64,000 nt of DNA from an uncultured Candidatus Saccharibacteria bacterium (GTDB lineage: Bacteria > Patescibacteriota > Minisyncoccia > Phycocordibacterales > UBA12088), in NCBI GenBank assembly GCA_964567265.1, contig CAZMLK010000002.1, positions 2,996 through 66,995 of the forward strand, read 5' to 3'. Below, one piece after another: positions 18,898 through 28,631 of the stretch. The translations under genes were made by a program, and so were the position numbers. The notes below the pieces were generated by a model, which had not been told where the DNA came from, made no database searches, and saw only the letters and a program-made list of their open reading frames with translations. Position 1 is the stretch's first letter; every line of letters starts with the position of its first letter.

Positions 18898-19612
18898 ATT
18901 TTTTAATTACTGTAATGAATGTTTCTCGTAAAAACGTACGCGCGGTCTTAGCTTGTAATAACTCGTAAGAACGCATGCGTTCGAGAAACGGGGGGTACGG
19001 CACATCAGCGTGATTGATGTTTCGACCAATCACTTTTGCGATGTGCACGTGTGCTCATAATCTGACACGTCGCTATCGACAACGTACGTGCCCGACTATT
19101 ACCAACTTATTTTCACTCAGAGTCACCGGCCTTCCGTTTCCAGAAGACCGAAGAGTCCGAGAGTTGGTAACCAAGAATGTGGACCGAGTGTCTATCGTAT
19201 TGCAACCATACTTCGTCCCATGTTCATGAAACGAAGCCAGCGGAAAAAGTGTTCGGGAATGAATGATAATTCCGTGGGTCGTGCGGGATATGAAAATGTC
19301 AACGTGCACCTGTTCTACCTCTTGCAGTGTCTCTCGAAAATTTCTTCGCGAAGAGCCGATACAAAACCGCAGAGCGGGTTAGGCTAATTATAGTCACCCA
19401 ATCTGAGGCGGCAAAACAATTTAATGTGGATAACTGCCCGCAAATCAAGGGATTTTTCAATTCCCTTCCGGACATACCACATCGAGGTAGGTTCTCATAT
19501 GTGACCCCAAAAGTCAACGAAATATGGCGCAGTATAAGCACAATATCTCGGAGGTAAAGTCAATAGATACATCCTGCCTCCCTAGAGCGGAGACGGAATC
19601 GTAGCAACTCCA

Positions 19613-20383
19613 TTACACGGCACGCATGTATGTACTCCACCGTCGTTCCCCTTCCCTTTTAAGGACACCCCCTTCGACGAGCGAAGCGAGCTCGCGCTGG
19701 ATAGTCTTCTCACTGCAGTCCTTTACCACGTCCGATATGTCCTTGATCGTGACCCGTTGTTTCTTATCTATCAAATCCAATATCACAGTCTTCCTTTCCG
19801 AGTGTCGCACTTCAGGGACATTGGAAGAATCTGCGGTCTTTTCAAGGACAGGAGTGCTGGTTTTCATATTAAAAGACATGGGATGTCTTTTAACTGCCCT
19901 TTGCTGCGGAGCACGGTTTTGATCGAGTCCTCGCTTCCATGCCTCAGATTTCTTTTCCAAGATATCGAGATCCTCCACACTGAAGAATTCCGGATCCTCG
20001 AGGAGAGTCGCCCCGAGAAGATGCGCGCGGCGCTCGCGGAGGAAGGAAAGGAGTCCGTAACATTCGACTTCCATCACCTCGGCATTGTTCCTTGAGATCT
20101 TCCGGGCCGATGCGGCAAGCGTAAGGAGGGACGACAGGCGGATCAGGCCGAATTCGAAGCGCCCTTCTTCCCCGTCCAGAAAGTAGTGGAGTGCGTCTTC
20201 GGAGAGCCGGAGCGCTGACTCTTCGAGTCGTGCACGGAAAGGGTCAGTATGTCCGATATACGAGCAGAGCAGGATTGTCGCCTCGGCGATCTTTTCTGTC
20301 TTTTTGTAGACATACATAAAGGACAAATTTCCCTTAGCGAAGAGAAAGAAGGCTTTATCCTTATTTATTTTATCCTCTCCCAT
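19613..20383 (-). CDS. hypothetical regulator with C-terminal winged HTH (DeoR-like)
   Basis: C-terminus VTIKDISDVVKDCSEKTIQRELASLVEGGVLKR; alternative start MYVYKK at 20317. Confidence 0.6.
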   Translation of the reverse strand: MGEDKINKDKAFFLFAKGNLSFMYVYKKTEKIAEATILLCSYIGHTDPFRARLEESALRLSEDALHYFLDGEEGRFEFGLIRLSSLLTLAASARKISRNNAEVMEVECYGLLSFLRERRAHLLGATLLEDPEFFSVEDLDILEKKSEAWKRGLDQNRAPQQRAVKRHPMSFNMKTSTPVLEKTADSSNVPEVRHSERKTVILDLIDKKQRVTIKDISDVVKDCSEKTIQRELASLVEGGVLKREGERRWSTYMRAV

Positions 20384-20470
20384 GTCCTTTATAGATTCTT
20401 CCTTCTGTCCTTTATGACTTTAATAGAATGTCTTTGACGCTCTCTAGGACGTCTTTTAGCTGTCCCTTAT
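20384..20470. promoter_or_regulatory. iterated GTCYTTTAK repeats in divergent promoter region (candidate operator array)
   Basis: gtccttta 20384, gtcctttat 20407, gtctttgac 20430, gtcttttag 20451, gtcccttat 20462 (spacing 23,23,21,11); inverse copy ataaaggac 20317-20325. Confidence 0.4.
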
Positions 20471-20609
20471 TCTATAGCGGACACGAGGTGCCGTGAAGAT
20501 TGCGCTCCTATGGTTTTTGATTCCAAGTGCCGTCTCAAACCCCAGATCATCAAAAATACGGCGCCAGCTATGGGCTGCGTGGTATTATATGCAGACAAAA
20601 GTTCGATTC

Positions 20610-22826
20610 ATGGCAGCAACAAAGAAGAAGAAAAAGAAGGAGGTCGAGGTGGCACCACGTGAGTCACTTTTTTCTGATCTGACTGAGGGGACCATTCGCG
20701 GAGTCATTGGGATTTCGTTCTTCGTACTTGCTGCCGTCCTCATCCTTGCCGCGACCGGAAGCGCCGGCTATGTAGGAGGCATGGTCTTTACCGGCCTCTC
20801 CTATCTTTTCGGAGTCGGCTATTATCTGATCCCGCTTCTCCTCTTGGTACTCTCGGTCACGTTCTTCCGATCGAACTCACCGAACTTCCGGCTGTGGTCG
20901 TTGATCAGCTCGACCCTGCTTCTGGTATCCGGACTCGGCCTCATTGAAACCTTCTTTGTGAACGAAGGAGGTCTTGCGGGACACTTGATCGCTTCCCCCC
21001 TCCAGTCGGCAGTGGACGTCTACGCGACGGTCATCATCCTCTTCGCGCTCTTCGTCATATCACTTTTCATACTCCTTGATACCCAGCTCCAGATCGACCT
21101 CTCTCCGCTCTGGGAAAAGCTCCAGAAGCGTCGCGAAGCCGTGCTTGAAGACAGCAATGCGGAGGCCGAAATCCGAGAGTCTACGTATCTCGAAGAAGAG
21201 GGTGAGGAGCCGACAGAGGAAGCCCGGGAAGAGGATACGGATGAGCCGGCATCTCCAGCACTCCCTGTTGAACCCGAGCTCGACATCAAGGAGTTCAGTT
21301 CTGAAAAATCCAGCGGCCGATTCTGGCGTCCGGTCGGTACCTACAACCCCCCTCCCGTCTCGCTTCTTGAAAAAGACCGCGGGAAGCCGGGAGTCGGTGA
21401 CACCAAGGCAAACGCAAACATCATCAAGCGCACTCTCCAAAACTTCGGCATCCAGGTTGATATGGACGAGATCACCGTGGGCCCAACCGTGACCCGCTAC
21501 TCGCTGAAGCCGGCTGAAGGCGTCCGCATCTCGAAGATCGTGAGCCTCCAGAGCAACCTCGAGCTCGCGCTTGCGGCTTCCCCAATCCGTATCGAAGCGC
21601 CAATCCCGGGCCGTTCGCTGGTCGGTATCGAAGTCCCGAATAGCGCCAAAACGACGCTCGGCCTCGCTTCCCTCCTTGGCAGCGCCGACTTCCAGGACAA
21701 CAAGAAACACCTCATGATCGCACTCGGACGCGACATCACCGGCGTGCCGCACTATGCGGACGTCGCGAAGATGCCGCACGGGCTCATTGCCGGTACGACG
21801 GGTTCTGGAAAGTCGGTCACCATCCACGATGCGGTAATCTCGCTCCTCTACCGGAACGGACCTGACATGCTCCGTCTCATCATGATCGACCCGAAGCGCG
21901 TCGAGCTCACGCTCTACAACGGCATCCCGCACCTCCTCACCCCAGTCATCACTGACGCGAAGAAAGCGATCCTCGCACTCAAATGGGCAGCCCGCGAAAT
22001 GTCGCGCCGCTACGACATCCTCGAAGCCGAGTCGGTTCGCGACATCACCTCGTATCACACAACCGTCTATGGCCCCGCCGTTGAAAAAGGCGCCGGAAAG
22101 GAGGACACCGCCCTTCCGGAGCCGATGCCATATATTGTCATCATCATCGACGAGCTTGCTGATATCATGCAGACCTTCCCTCGCGAGCTCGAGGCATCAA
22201 TCGTGCGACTCGCCCAGATGAGCCGCGCCGTCGGCATCCATCTCCTCCTCTCGACCCAGCGTCCGTCCGTGAACGTCATCACCGGCCTCATCAAGGCGAA
22301 CGTCCCGACCCGTCTCGCCCTCCAGGTCGCCTCGCAGATCGACTCGCGCACCATCCTCGACGGCAGCGGCGCGGAGAAGCTGCTTGGAGCCGGTGACACC
22401 TTGTACCTCTCCGGTGACATGGCGAAGCCGGTCCGTATCCAGGCGCCCTACATCACGGAACTCGAGGTCAAGAACGTGGTCAATTACATCAAGAAGCATA
22501 ACGACAGCCTCCAGTCCGGCATCGATCTCTCCGGGAACAGCAGTGATCCGAATGCGATCTTCTCTGCGACGCTCGAGGATGATGCGAGCGACGAGGACGA
22601 TCTTTACGGGGAGGCACGGAATGCAGTCGTCCAGGCCGGCAAGGCATCCACCTCATATCTCCAGCGGAAGCTCGGGGTCGGCTATTCCCGTGCTGCGAAG
22701 CTCATGGATCTCCTTGAATCGAAAGGAGTCATCGGCCCGGCCGACGGCTCGAAGCCGCGTGAAATCCTGGGCGCAGGAGGCAGTACCCCACAGGGCGCGG
22801 GTGACAACAACGACGATCTCGTATGA
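20610..22826 (+). CDS. ftsK: DNA translocase FtsK/SpoIIIE
   Basis: N-terminal TM helices, Walker A GTTGSGKS, C-terminal gamma wHTH YLQRKLGVGYSRAAKLMDLLE; start at MAATKKKK (ATG 20589 also possible). Confidence 0.9.
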   Translation: MAATKKKKKKEVEVAPRESLFSDLTEGTIRGVIGISFFVLAAVLILAATGSAGYVGGMVFTGLSYLFGVGYYLIPLLLLVLSVTFFRSNSPNFRLWSLISSTLLLVSGLGLIETFFVNEGGLAGHLIASPLQSAVDVYATVIILFALFVISLFILLDTQLQIDLSPLWEKLQKRREAVLEDSNAEAEIRESTYLEEEGEEPTEEAREEDTDEPASPALPVEPELDIKEFSSEKSSGRFWRPVGTYNPPPVSLLEKDRGKPGVGDTKANANIIKRTLQNFGIQVDMDEITVGPTVTRYSLKPAEGVRISKIVSLQSNLELALAASPIRIEAPIPGRSLVGIEVPNSAKTTLGLASLLGSADFQDNKKHLMIALGRDITGVPHYADVAKMPHGLIAGTTGSGKSVTIHDAVISLLYRNGPDMLRLIMIDPKRVELTLYNGIPHLLTPVITDAKKAILALKWAAREMSRRYDILEAESVRDITSYHTTVYGPAVEKGAGKEDTALPEPMPYIVIIIDELADIMQTFPRELEASIVRLAQMSRAVGIHLLLSTQRPSVNVITGLIKANVPTRLALQVASQIDSRTILDGSGAEKLLGAGDTLYLSGDMAKPVRIQAPYITELEVKNVVNYIKKHNDSLQSGIDLSGNSSDPNAIFSATLEDDASDEDDLYGEARNAVVQAGKASTSYLQRKLGVGYSRAAKLMDLLESKGVIGPADGSKPREILGAGGSTPQGAGDNNDDLV

Positions 22827-23176
22827 GAAGCCCCCGATTCACAAGCATCCTTCTCGTACTCCTCTTCGTGTCTATCGGCGGCTATACCTACCTCAAGTCC
22901 CGTGCGCTTATCGAAGGACCCCAGATCGTCATCGACACGCCCATGAATGGCACTTCCCTTCCCACGACCGAGCCTATTACGATACGCGGCGTCGCCACGC
23001 ATGTGACCTCGATCAGCCTCAACGACCGCCAGATCTTCGTGGATGCGAACGGCGCATTCAGTGAGGAAATATTGCTTCCGGAGGGATATACTATAGTGAC
23101 GATGCGCGCAGAGGACCGCTTCGGACGCGTTGCGACCAAACGTCTCGACCTTTATACGCCTCATACAACCCTATGA
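22823..23176 (+). CDS. hypothetical small membrane-anchored protein, translationally coupled between ftsK and recA
   Basis: ATGA overlaps at both ends (22823-22826 and 23173-23176); N-terminal [18 protein letters not shown]. Confidence 0.6.
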   Translation: MRSPRFTSILLVLLFVSIGGYTYLKSRALIEGPQIVIDTPMNGTSLPTTEPITIRGVATHVTSISLNDRQIFVDANGAFSEEILLPEGYTIVTMRAEDRFGRVATKRLDLYTPHTTL

Positions 23177-24210
23177 AAAAAGAGAAACCACAGAAATCAG
23201 ACGCTGAGGAGAAATCAGACAAGAAACAAGTACAGAGCGACAGCATAGAGGCGACCCTGAAGGCGATCAAGACGAAGTTCGGCGACGAGGCGATCATGAA
23301 GCTCGGCGATTCGCCGAAGGTGACCGTTGATGCGGTCCCGACCGGCTCGATCGGGCTCGATGCCGCGCTCGGCATCGGCGGCTATCCGCGCGGACGCATC
23401 ATCGAGATCTACGGTCCGGAATCGTCTGGCAAGACTACCCTTTCCCTCCACGCCATCGCCGAAGCGCAGAAGCTCGGCGGCATTTGCGCGTTCATCGACG
23501 CGGAGCATGCGCTTGATCCTGAGTATGCAAAGCGCCTCGGCGTAAAGATCGAGGAACTCCTCGTCTCGCAGCCCGATACCGGCGAGCAGGCGCTTGAGAT
23601 CTGCGAATCCCTCGTCCGGTCCGGCAAGATCGACATCGTCGTCATCGACTCGGTCGCCGCACTCACCCCGAAGGATGAGATCGAGGGCGACATGGGCTCT
23701 TCGCAGATGGGCAAGCAGGCGCGCCTCATGAGCCAGGCTCTCCGGAAGCTGACCGCCATCACCGCGAAGTCGAAGACCATCATCATCTTCATCAACCAGA
23801 TCCGCATGCAGATCGGCGTCATGTTCGGCAATCCGGAGACGACGACCGGCGGCAAGGCGCTCAAGTTCTACACATCGGTCCGCCTCGACATCCGCCGTAT
23901 CGCGCAGATCAAGAAGGGCGAGGAGATCGTCGGCGGCCGCTGCCGCGTGAAGGTCGTGAAGAACAAGGTCGCTGCCCCGTTCAAGCAGACCGAGTTCGAT
24001 CTCATGTACAACGAGGGCATCTCGAAGGAAGGCGAGATCATCGCGCTTGGCGAGAAATTCGAGCTCATCGAGAAGTCGGGAGCGTCATACAAATACAAGG
24101 AGCAGCCGCTTGGCCGCGGCTATGATGCGACCAGAACCTATCTCCGCGAGAACAAGAAGGTCGCAGACGAGATATTGAAGGAGATCCGGAAGAAGCTGGC
24201 AGAGGTGTAA
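23173..24210 (+). CDS. recA: recombinase RecA
   Basis: [20 protein letters not shown] Walker A, IDAEHALD, full RecA core. Confidence 0.95.
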   Translation: MKKEKPQKSDAEEKSDKKQVQSDSIEATLKAIKTKFGDEAIMKLGDSPKVTVDAVPTGSIGLDAALGIGGYPRGRIIEIYGPESSGKTTLSLHAIAEAQKLGGICAFIDAEHALDPEYAKRLGVKIEELLVSQPDTGEQALEICESLVRSGKIDIVVIDSVAALTPKDEIEGDMGSSQMGKQARLMSQALRKLTAITAKSKTIIIFINQIRMQIGVMFGNPETTTGGKALKFYTSVRLDIRRIAQIKKGEEIVGGRCRVKVVKNKVAAPFKQTEFDLMYNEGISKEGEIIALGEKFELIEKSGASYKYKEQPLGRGYDATRTYLRENKKVADEILKEIRKKLAEV

Positions 24211-24228
24211 TCCCCTCCCTAAGAACAC

Positions 24229-24262
24229 AAATCCCTGGCAAGCTTCGCTTGCCGGGGATTTG
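24229..24262 (+). terminator. terminator after recA
   Basis: hairpin aatccctggcaag-cttcg-cttgccggggatt (one mismatch) then T-rich tract. Confidence 0.5.
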
Positions 24263-24275
24263 CTCTTTCCAAGAA

Positions 24276-24599
24276 CTACGATGCCCGCGACGTGCGCGGT
24301 ACCGCCAACGAGCGGAGCATGTCGGCAAAAAGCCACACAAGGACGCACGCTCCCCCGACGACCAGGGCCTGCACGGCCGCCTGCGTGTTCAGGAACGCGT
24401 AGGTGCTGAAGGTGTAGAGCGCGCCCAAATCATGTGGCGCGTTCTCAACGACATTGCCAAGTGAGGTAAATACGGAAAGCCCGGTGAACACCGCGAACAG
24501 CGCATACACCTTCATCATCAAGGGGTGGAGCGCGCGGCGCATGACGTACGCGAAGTACACGCGGCGCATGATCTTACTTGAAAGCTGGTTTGATTGCAT
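24276..24599 (-). CDS. small membrane protein, candidate anti-sigma factor
   Basis: immediately downstream of ECF sigma gene; two predicted TM segments. Confidence 0.5.
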   Translation of the reverse strand: MQSNQLSSKIMRRVYFAYVMRRALHPLMMKVYALFAVFTGLSVFTSLGNVVENAPHDLGALYTFSTYAFLNTQAAVQALVVGGACVLVWLFADMLRSLAVPRTSRAS

Positions 24600-24614
24600 A
24601 TGATTGAAATATTC

Positions 24615-25187
24615 CTAGAAGCCTATCGATTCGGCGATTGTCCTGAATTCCTTCTTCGCCCGGTGGACCCTCGTCTTGAACGCACCCACTGATATGCCCT
24701 CCATCTCTGCAGCCTGCTCCTGCGGCCGACGCTCCAGGATATGGAGGCGCAGCGCCCTGCTCATCGCATTCGGCATCCGCGCGAGGACCGAGATCACGAA
24801 GTCGCGGAGCTCCTGCTCTTCGCGCTCGCTCCGGAGATCCGGAAGCATCTCGTAGAACTCGGGATCGAGGTCGGCGACGCGGCTGTTCCTCTTCTTGAGG
24901 ACCTGATAGCGCGTAAGCGCAGTATTGACGACGATCCGATAGGCCCATGACTTGAAGGACGCGCCCTCGACCGGATGGAATTTGCCGGCATTGAGGTAGA
25001 TCTTGGTGAATGCCTCCTGCACGACATCTTCCGCATCCTCCCTATTCCTCACGATTCCTTCCGCCTTGCGGAGGAAGGCCTCCTGGTAACGCTCAAGGAG
25101 CACGTTGAACATCCCGGGATACCGACTGGAGAGCGAGAGGATTTCCTCGTCGCTTTTCTCTTCGAGCTTGGTATGTTCTTCCAACAT
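24615..25187 (-). CDS. ECF-subfamily RNA polymerase sigma-70 factor
   Basis: region 2 (AEDVVQEAFTKIY...SWAYRIVVN) and region 4 HTH (AAEMEGISVGAFKTRVHRAKKEF). Confidence 0.85.
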   Translation of the reverse strand: MLEEHTKLEEKSDEEILSLSSRYPGMFNVLLERYQEAFLRKAEGIVRNREDAEDVVQEAFTKIYLNAGKFHPVEGASFKSWAYRIVVNTALTRYQVLKKRNSRVADLDPEFYEMLPDLRSEREEQELRDFVISVLARMPNAMSRALRLHILERRPQEQAAEMEGISVGAFKTRVHRAKKEFRTIAESIGF

Positions 25188-25274
25188 GCGACTCGAGGTG
25201 ATGCGGGCGGCAGGGCGCGTACCCGAAACCGCCCGTCCTCGTTCGTTTATAATACCGACCGGTTCATCTAATGC

Positions 25275-25300
25275 AACGACCAGATCGCGCGCAAGGTTTC
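25275..25300 (-). promoter_or_regulatory. possible ECF-type autoregulatory promoter (GAAAC-N17-CGTT)
   Basis: minus-strand tgaaacc...ggtcgttg upstream of sigma gene; consensus by recall. Confidence 0.25.
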
Positions 25301-25380
25301 AAGCCGCCCCGAGGTCCCCCGGTTGCTGAAACACGGTTTCTCCCCTACAATGCCCGAATTGAGCCCTAAAATGTAATCTC

Positions 25381-25956
25381 ATGGCAGTACTCGACTACAA
25401 CGAAATCATCCCGAAGAAATTCATCATCATGGACGGCGACCCGTACGAGGTCCTTTCATCGCACGTGTTCCGGAAGCAACAGCGAAAGCCGGTCAACCAG
25501 ACCAAGCTCCGCAATCTTATTTCCGGCAAGGTGACCGAGAAATCCTTCCATCAGTCAGAAAACGTGCAGGAGGCAGATATCAGCAAGAAGAAGGTAGTGT
25601 TCCTCTACAAGGCGAAGGGCGAGGCCTGGTTCCACAATGAGGGCGAGCCCGGGGCACGCTTCGCGGTCGCGGAATCGATCATCGGCGACGTCGCCCGATT
25701 CCTCAAGGACAAGACCGTCGTCGATGCGCTCGTCTTCGACGAGCAGATCATCGGCATCACCCTCCCTATCAAGCTCGACCTCCTCGTGAAGGAAGCCGCC
25801 CCGGCAGTGAAGGGCAACACCGCACAAGGCGCGTCGAAGCAGGTGGTCCTCGAGACCGGTGCGACCATCATGACCCCCCTCTTCATCAACGAAGGCGACC
25901 TGATCAAGATCAACACCGAGACTGGCGACTACGTCGAGCGCGTGGAGAAGAAGTAG
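25381..25956 (+). CDS. efp: elongation factor P
   Basis: three-domain EF-P pattern; preceded by TTGCTG-17-TACAAT-like promoter. Confidence 0.9.
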   Translation: MAVLDYNEIIPKKFIIMDGDPYEVLSSHVFRKQQRKPVNQTKLRNLISGKVTEKSFHQSENVQEADISKKKVVFLYKAKGEAWFHNEGEPGARFAVAESIIGDVARFLKDKTVVDALVFDEQIIGITLPIKLDLLVKEAAPAVKGNTAQGASKQVVLETGATIMTPLFINEGDLIKINTETGDYVERVEKK

Positions 25957-25957
25957 G

Positions 25958-26010
25958 ACAAACAGAAACCCCGCCGGCGCCTCAAAGGCGCCGGCGGGGT
26001 TTCTGTTTGT
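25958..26010 (+). terminator. efp terminator (24-bp perfect palindrome)
   Basis: acaaacagaaaccccgccggcgcc-tcaaa-ggcgccggcggggtttctgtttgt. Confidence 0.7.
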
Positions 26011-26131
26011 CCATCCGTATGTTTCCAAAAAAAAGAGCGCCCGTGTGAGATTTTCCCGCGGGAAAAACCTGACGTTGCGCTCCAAGTGGACATCTGTCTT
26101 CGTTCGGGACTTAGCCCTCCCGACCTAGGAT

Positions 26132-26356
26132 TCAGATATCAAGGTACTCTATAAGTTCACCCGTACGGGTGTCGAGCGTCCAACAGCCAGCTCCTACACC
26201 AGGGCAAGCGACGGTGGAGGGGAGAGACGGGGTCTCTCCCGGATGTGATTCGGAGCTCGCGGTATTGGGTAAGCTGCCTCCTTCCTGTCTTCCGGTACAT
26301 CCGGTACAGACCATAAAGAGTGCAACGCCTACCATGAGGAGCCGTAGTATCGGCAT
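26132..26356 (-). CDS. putative small secreted/lipoprotein-like protein (75 aa)
   Basis: signal-like MPILRLLMVGVALFMVCTGC; competing + ORF 26169-26423 considered less likely. Confidence 0.3.
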   Translation of the reverse strand: MPILRLLMVGVALFMVCTGCTGRQEGGSLPNTASSESHPGETPSLPSTVACPGVGAGCWTLDTRTGELIEYLDI

Positions 26357-26440
26357 CCTTTCGCTCCTTCTTGCTGACAACTGCTGCCACCGCCACAGTG
26401 ACAGCAAAGACCACCTTACCTGAATCCAGGAAATAAAGCA

Positions 26441-26477
26441 ACAGGACTTCTTGAATATGTCAAGAAGTCCTGTTTTT
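26441..26477. terminator. bidirectional terminator acaggacttcttga-atat-gtcaagaagtcctgt + T-run
   Basis: perfect 14-bp stem; downstream of rpsF-ssb-rpsR operon on minus strand. Confidence 0.65.
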
Positions 26478-26496
26478 GCCTGAAAAATGGCTCAGA

Positions 26497-26676
26497 TTAG
26501 CGCTCGATATATGGAAGGAGAGCCATGAAGCGGGCGCGCTTCACTGCCTCTGCGAGCATGCGCTGGTGGCGCGCCGAAAGGCCGGTGCGCTTCTCGCTGA
26601 GAATCCGGGCATGCGGGTTCAAAAACCGCTTGAGAAGCTCGGTGTCCTTATAGTCGATGTGTTTCTGTACGTTCAT
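26497..26676 (-). CDS. rpsR: 30S ribosomal protein S18 (59 aa; below the ORF-track length cutoff)
   Basis: hand translation [59 protein letters not shown]; 8 nt after ssb stop. Confidence 0.85.
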   Translation of the reverse strand: MNVQKHIDYKDTELLKRFLNPHARILSEKRTGLSARHQRMLAEAVKRARFMALLPYIER

Positions 26677-26684
26677 ATGAGTCT

Positions 26685-27167
26685 TTAGAATGGGATATCG
26701 TCAGGATTGATTTCTTCTTCAGGATAATCGATCGCGCCGCCCTGGTCCTTTGCGCCGCCCTTGCTTCCAGTGCCCGAGCTCATTGACTCGCTGCCTCCGT
26801 CATCCATAGGTGCACCGCCCATACCTCCTCCGCCGGTTCCACTTCCCTTCGGACCGAACTGGATGCGATCTGCGACGATCTCGGTGCGGTACTTCTTCTG
26901 GCCATCTGCTTCCCAGCTCCGCGTCTGGAGGCGTCCTTCAACGAAGAGCGCGCTTCCCTTCTTCAGGTACTGCGCCGCAATCTCTGCCTGGCGGCTGAAG
27001 ACGACGACATTGTGGAACTCAGTAGACTCCTGCTTCGCGCCGTTCTGGTCCTTCCAGACCCGGTTCGTCGCGATGCTCATCGAAGCGACCTTCGAGCCGG
27101 ACGGAAGCGCCCGGAGCTCAGGATCGCGCGTCAGATTTCCGTAAATAAGAACTTTGTTGAGGTACAT
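26685..27167 (-). CDS. ssb: single-stranded DNA-binding protein
   Basis: OB-fold N-terminus, Gly-rich linker, C-terminal DDIPF tail. Confidence 0.92.
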   Translation of the reverse strand: MYLNKVLIYGNLTRDPELRALPSGSKVASMSIATNRVWKDQNGAKQESTEFHNVVVFSRQAEIAAQYLKKGSALFVEGRLQTRSWEADGQKKYRTEIVADRIQFGPKGSGTGGGGMGGAPMDDGGSESMSSGTGSKGGAKDQGGAIDYPEEEINPDDIPF

Positions 27168-27181
27168 GCGTTACGTGGGGC

Positions 27182-27679
27182 TTAGGCCAGGATTCCTTCG
27201 AGCGTCTTGTCGAGCTCTTCCTCAGAGACGACCGCTTTCGGCAGTTCCTCGGCATCCGCCGCAGGAGCTGCTTCCCCGAAGCGCGCGATGAACGGCTTCT
27301 TCGGGACCGCTGCGTCAGGAACGGTCTTGATGATAATGAAGCGGAGAATGTCTGGGTTGACGTCTGTGGCATCCTTGATCGCAGCGATGTGGGATGGCTC
27401 GAGCTCGAACTTCATCCAGCCGAAATATGCGCGGTCGAACTTGCCCGCCTTCACGGCGATGGTGTATGCGAGCGGCATGAGGCTTGGAAATCCCTCAGAA
27501 ACGACGGTGCCGCCCTGCTCTTCGACGAGGGCCTTCAGGTCGCCGAAACGTCCCGCGACTTCCTCTTCGACGATGGTCGGGAGGAGGTGGAAACCGAGCT
27601 CATACAGCGTAAAACCCTCCCGGATCGGAGTGTTTTCGACGGTTTCCTCTGCGAGGGTTGTCAGTTCTTCTTCAGCCAT
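27182..27679 (-). CDS. rpsF: 30S ribosomal protein S6
   Basis: YELGFHLLP... matches S6 YEIVFMVHPD pattern; start at MAEEEL (ATG 27679). Confidence 0.8.
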   Translation of the reverse strand: MAEEELTTLAEETVENTPIREGFTLYELGFHLLPTIVEEEVAGRFGDLKALVEEQGGTVVSEGFPSLMPLAYTIAVKAGKFDRAYFGWMKFELEPSHIAAIKDATDVNPDILRFIIIKTVPDAAVPKKPFIARFGEAAPAADAEELPKAVVSEEELDKTLEGILA

Positions 27680-27707
27680 TTGTGTCGGAAATGTACCACA
27701 GGGGGCC

Positions 27708-28550
27708 CTATCCTGCAACTCCGGCCGCCACTCCCCCTTGAATGCGGGGGAAGGTCCGGAGGGCATTTTGGAGAAGCGTGAGCCGGACAGCCTCCTCGTC
27801 TTCCCCGCGGATCGATGCCAGGGCCGCCGCCACGAGAGAAACATGCGCCGGAAACGCGCGGGAGCCACGGAAGGGCTCGGGTGCAGCAAACGGGCTATCA
27901 GTCTCGGCGTGGATCATCGAAAGCGGCGCGAAGCGGATAACCTCATCGTAGTCACGCGAAAAGGTGATGACTCCTGTGAAGGAGAGCGTGAAGTTGAGAT
28001 CGAGGAATGATTTCGCGATGCCGGCATCTCCGACGAAGAAGTGGACATTGCCCGAAAGATCGGGGCCTGCATGCAAACGGAGAAGCTTCAGCACGTCTTG
28101 GTAGGCGTCCATAGTCCCCTTCCCGTCCTGCTTCGAGGGCCTGCCGTGGATCATGAGTGGAAGCTGATGCTCCTTCGCGAAGAGGATCTGCTTCTCGAAT
28201 TCCGCCTTCTGCCGTGACTTCTCTGCTTCGATATCTGGAACATTCGAGAGACGGTAATAGTCGAGGCCGCATTCGCCGACGGCAACCACCTTCGGATTCG
28301 CGACGAGCGCGGCATAGCGCGCCGCGTCGAATGACTCCGCGCGATTGTCCGCCGGGTGGAGTCCGATGGTCGCGAAAAGATTGGGGTGTCCGTCCGCGAG
28401 CGCGACTGCGCTCGCGGACGATTCGTAGTCGATGCCGACCGTCGTCGTCGCGACGCCTTCTTCCTGCATGTCGTTGATGACGATCTCGCGATCCTCGTCG
28501 AATTGCGGGAGATTGAGGTGCGAATGGATGTCGATGTAGCGAAAACTCAT
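27708..28550 (-). CDS. tatD: TatD-family metal-dependent hydrolase (DNase)
   Basis: IDIHSHL, GECGLDY, PLMIHGR, FTGVITF motifs; start at MSFRYI. Confidence 0.85.
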   Translation of the reverse strand: MSFRYIDIHSHLNLPQFDEDREIVINDMQEEGVATTTVGIDYESSASAVALADGHPNLFATIGLHPADNRAESFDAARYAALVANPKVVAVGECGLDYYRLSNVPDIEAEKSRQKAEFEKQILFAKEHQLPLMIHGRPSKQDGKGTMDAYQDVLKLLRLHAGPDLSGNVHFFVGDAGIAKSFLDLNFTLSFTGVITFSRDYDEVIRFAPLSMIHAETDSPFAAPEPFRGSRAFPAHVSLVAAALASIRGEDEEAVRLTLLQNALRTFPRIQGGVAAGVAG

Positions 28551-28631
28551 AGACTCTAAGAGTAATGGGCGCATGGCTTTTCGTAAAGCCATGCGCCCAT
28601 TACATCTCTAAAAAATTCAAACCCTCTGCAC

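Noticed and set aside
25381-25956. Unusual EF-P modification loop (RKQQRKPVNQTK instead of KPGKG) as evidence for a novel EF-P modification system
   Set aside because: No EpmA, EarP, DHS or YmfI-like gene is nearby, and the loop variation alone is insufficient. Left as a note only.
26476-26688. 70-aa plus-strand ORF in the ssb-downstream gap
   Set aside because: It is antisense to a textbook 59-aa ribosomal protein S18 gene (26497-26676, minus) that completes rpsF-ssb-rpsR. S18 fell below the ORF-track length cutoff.
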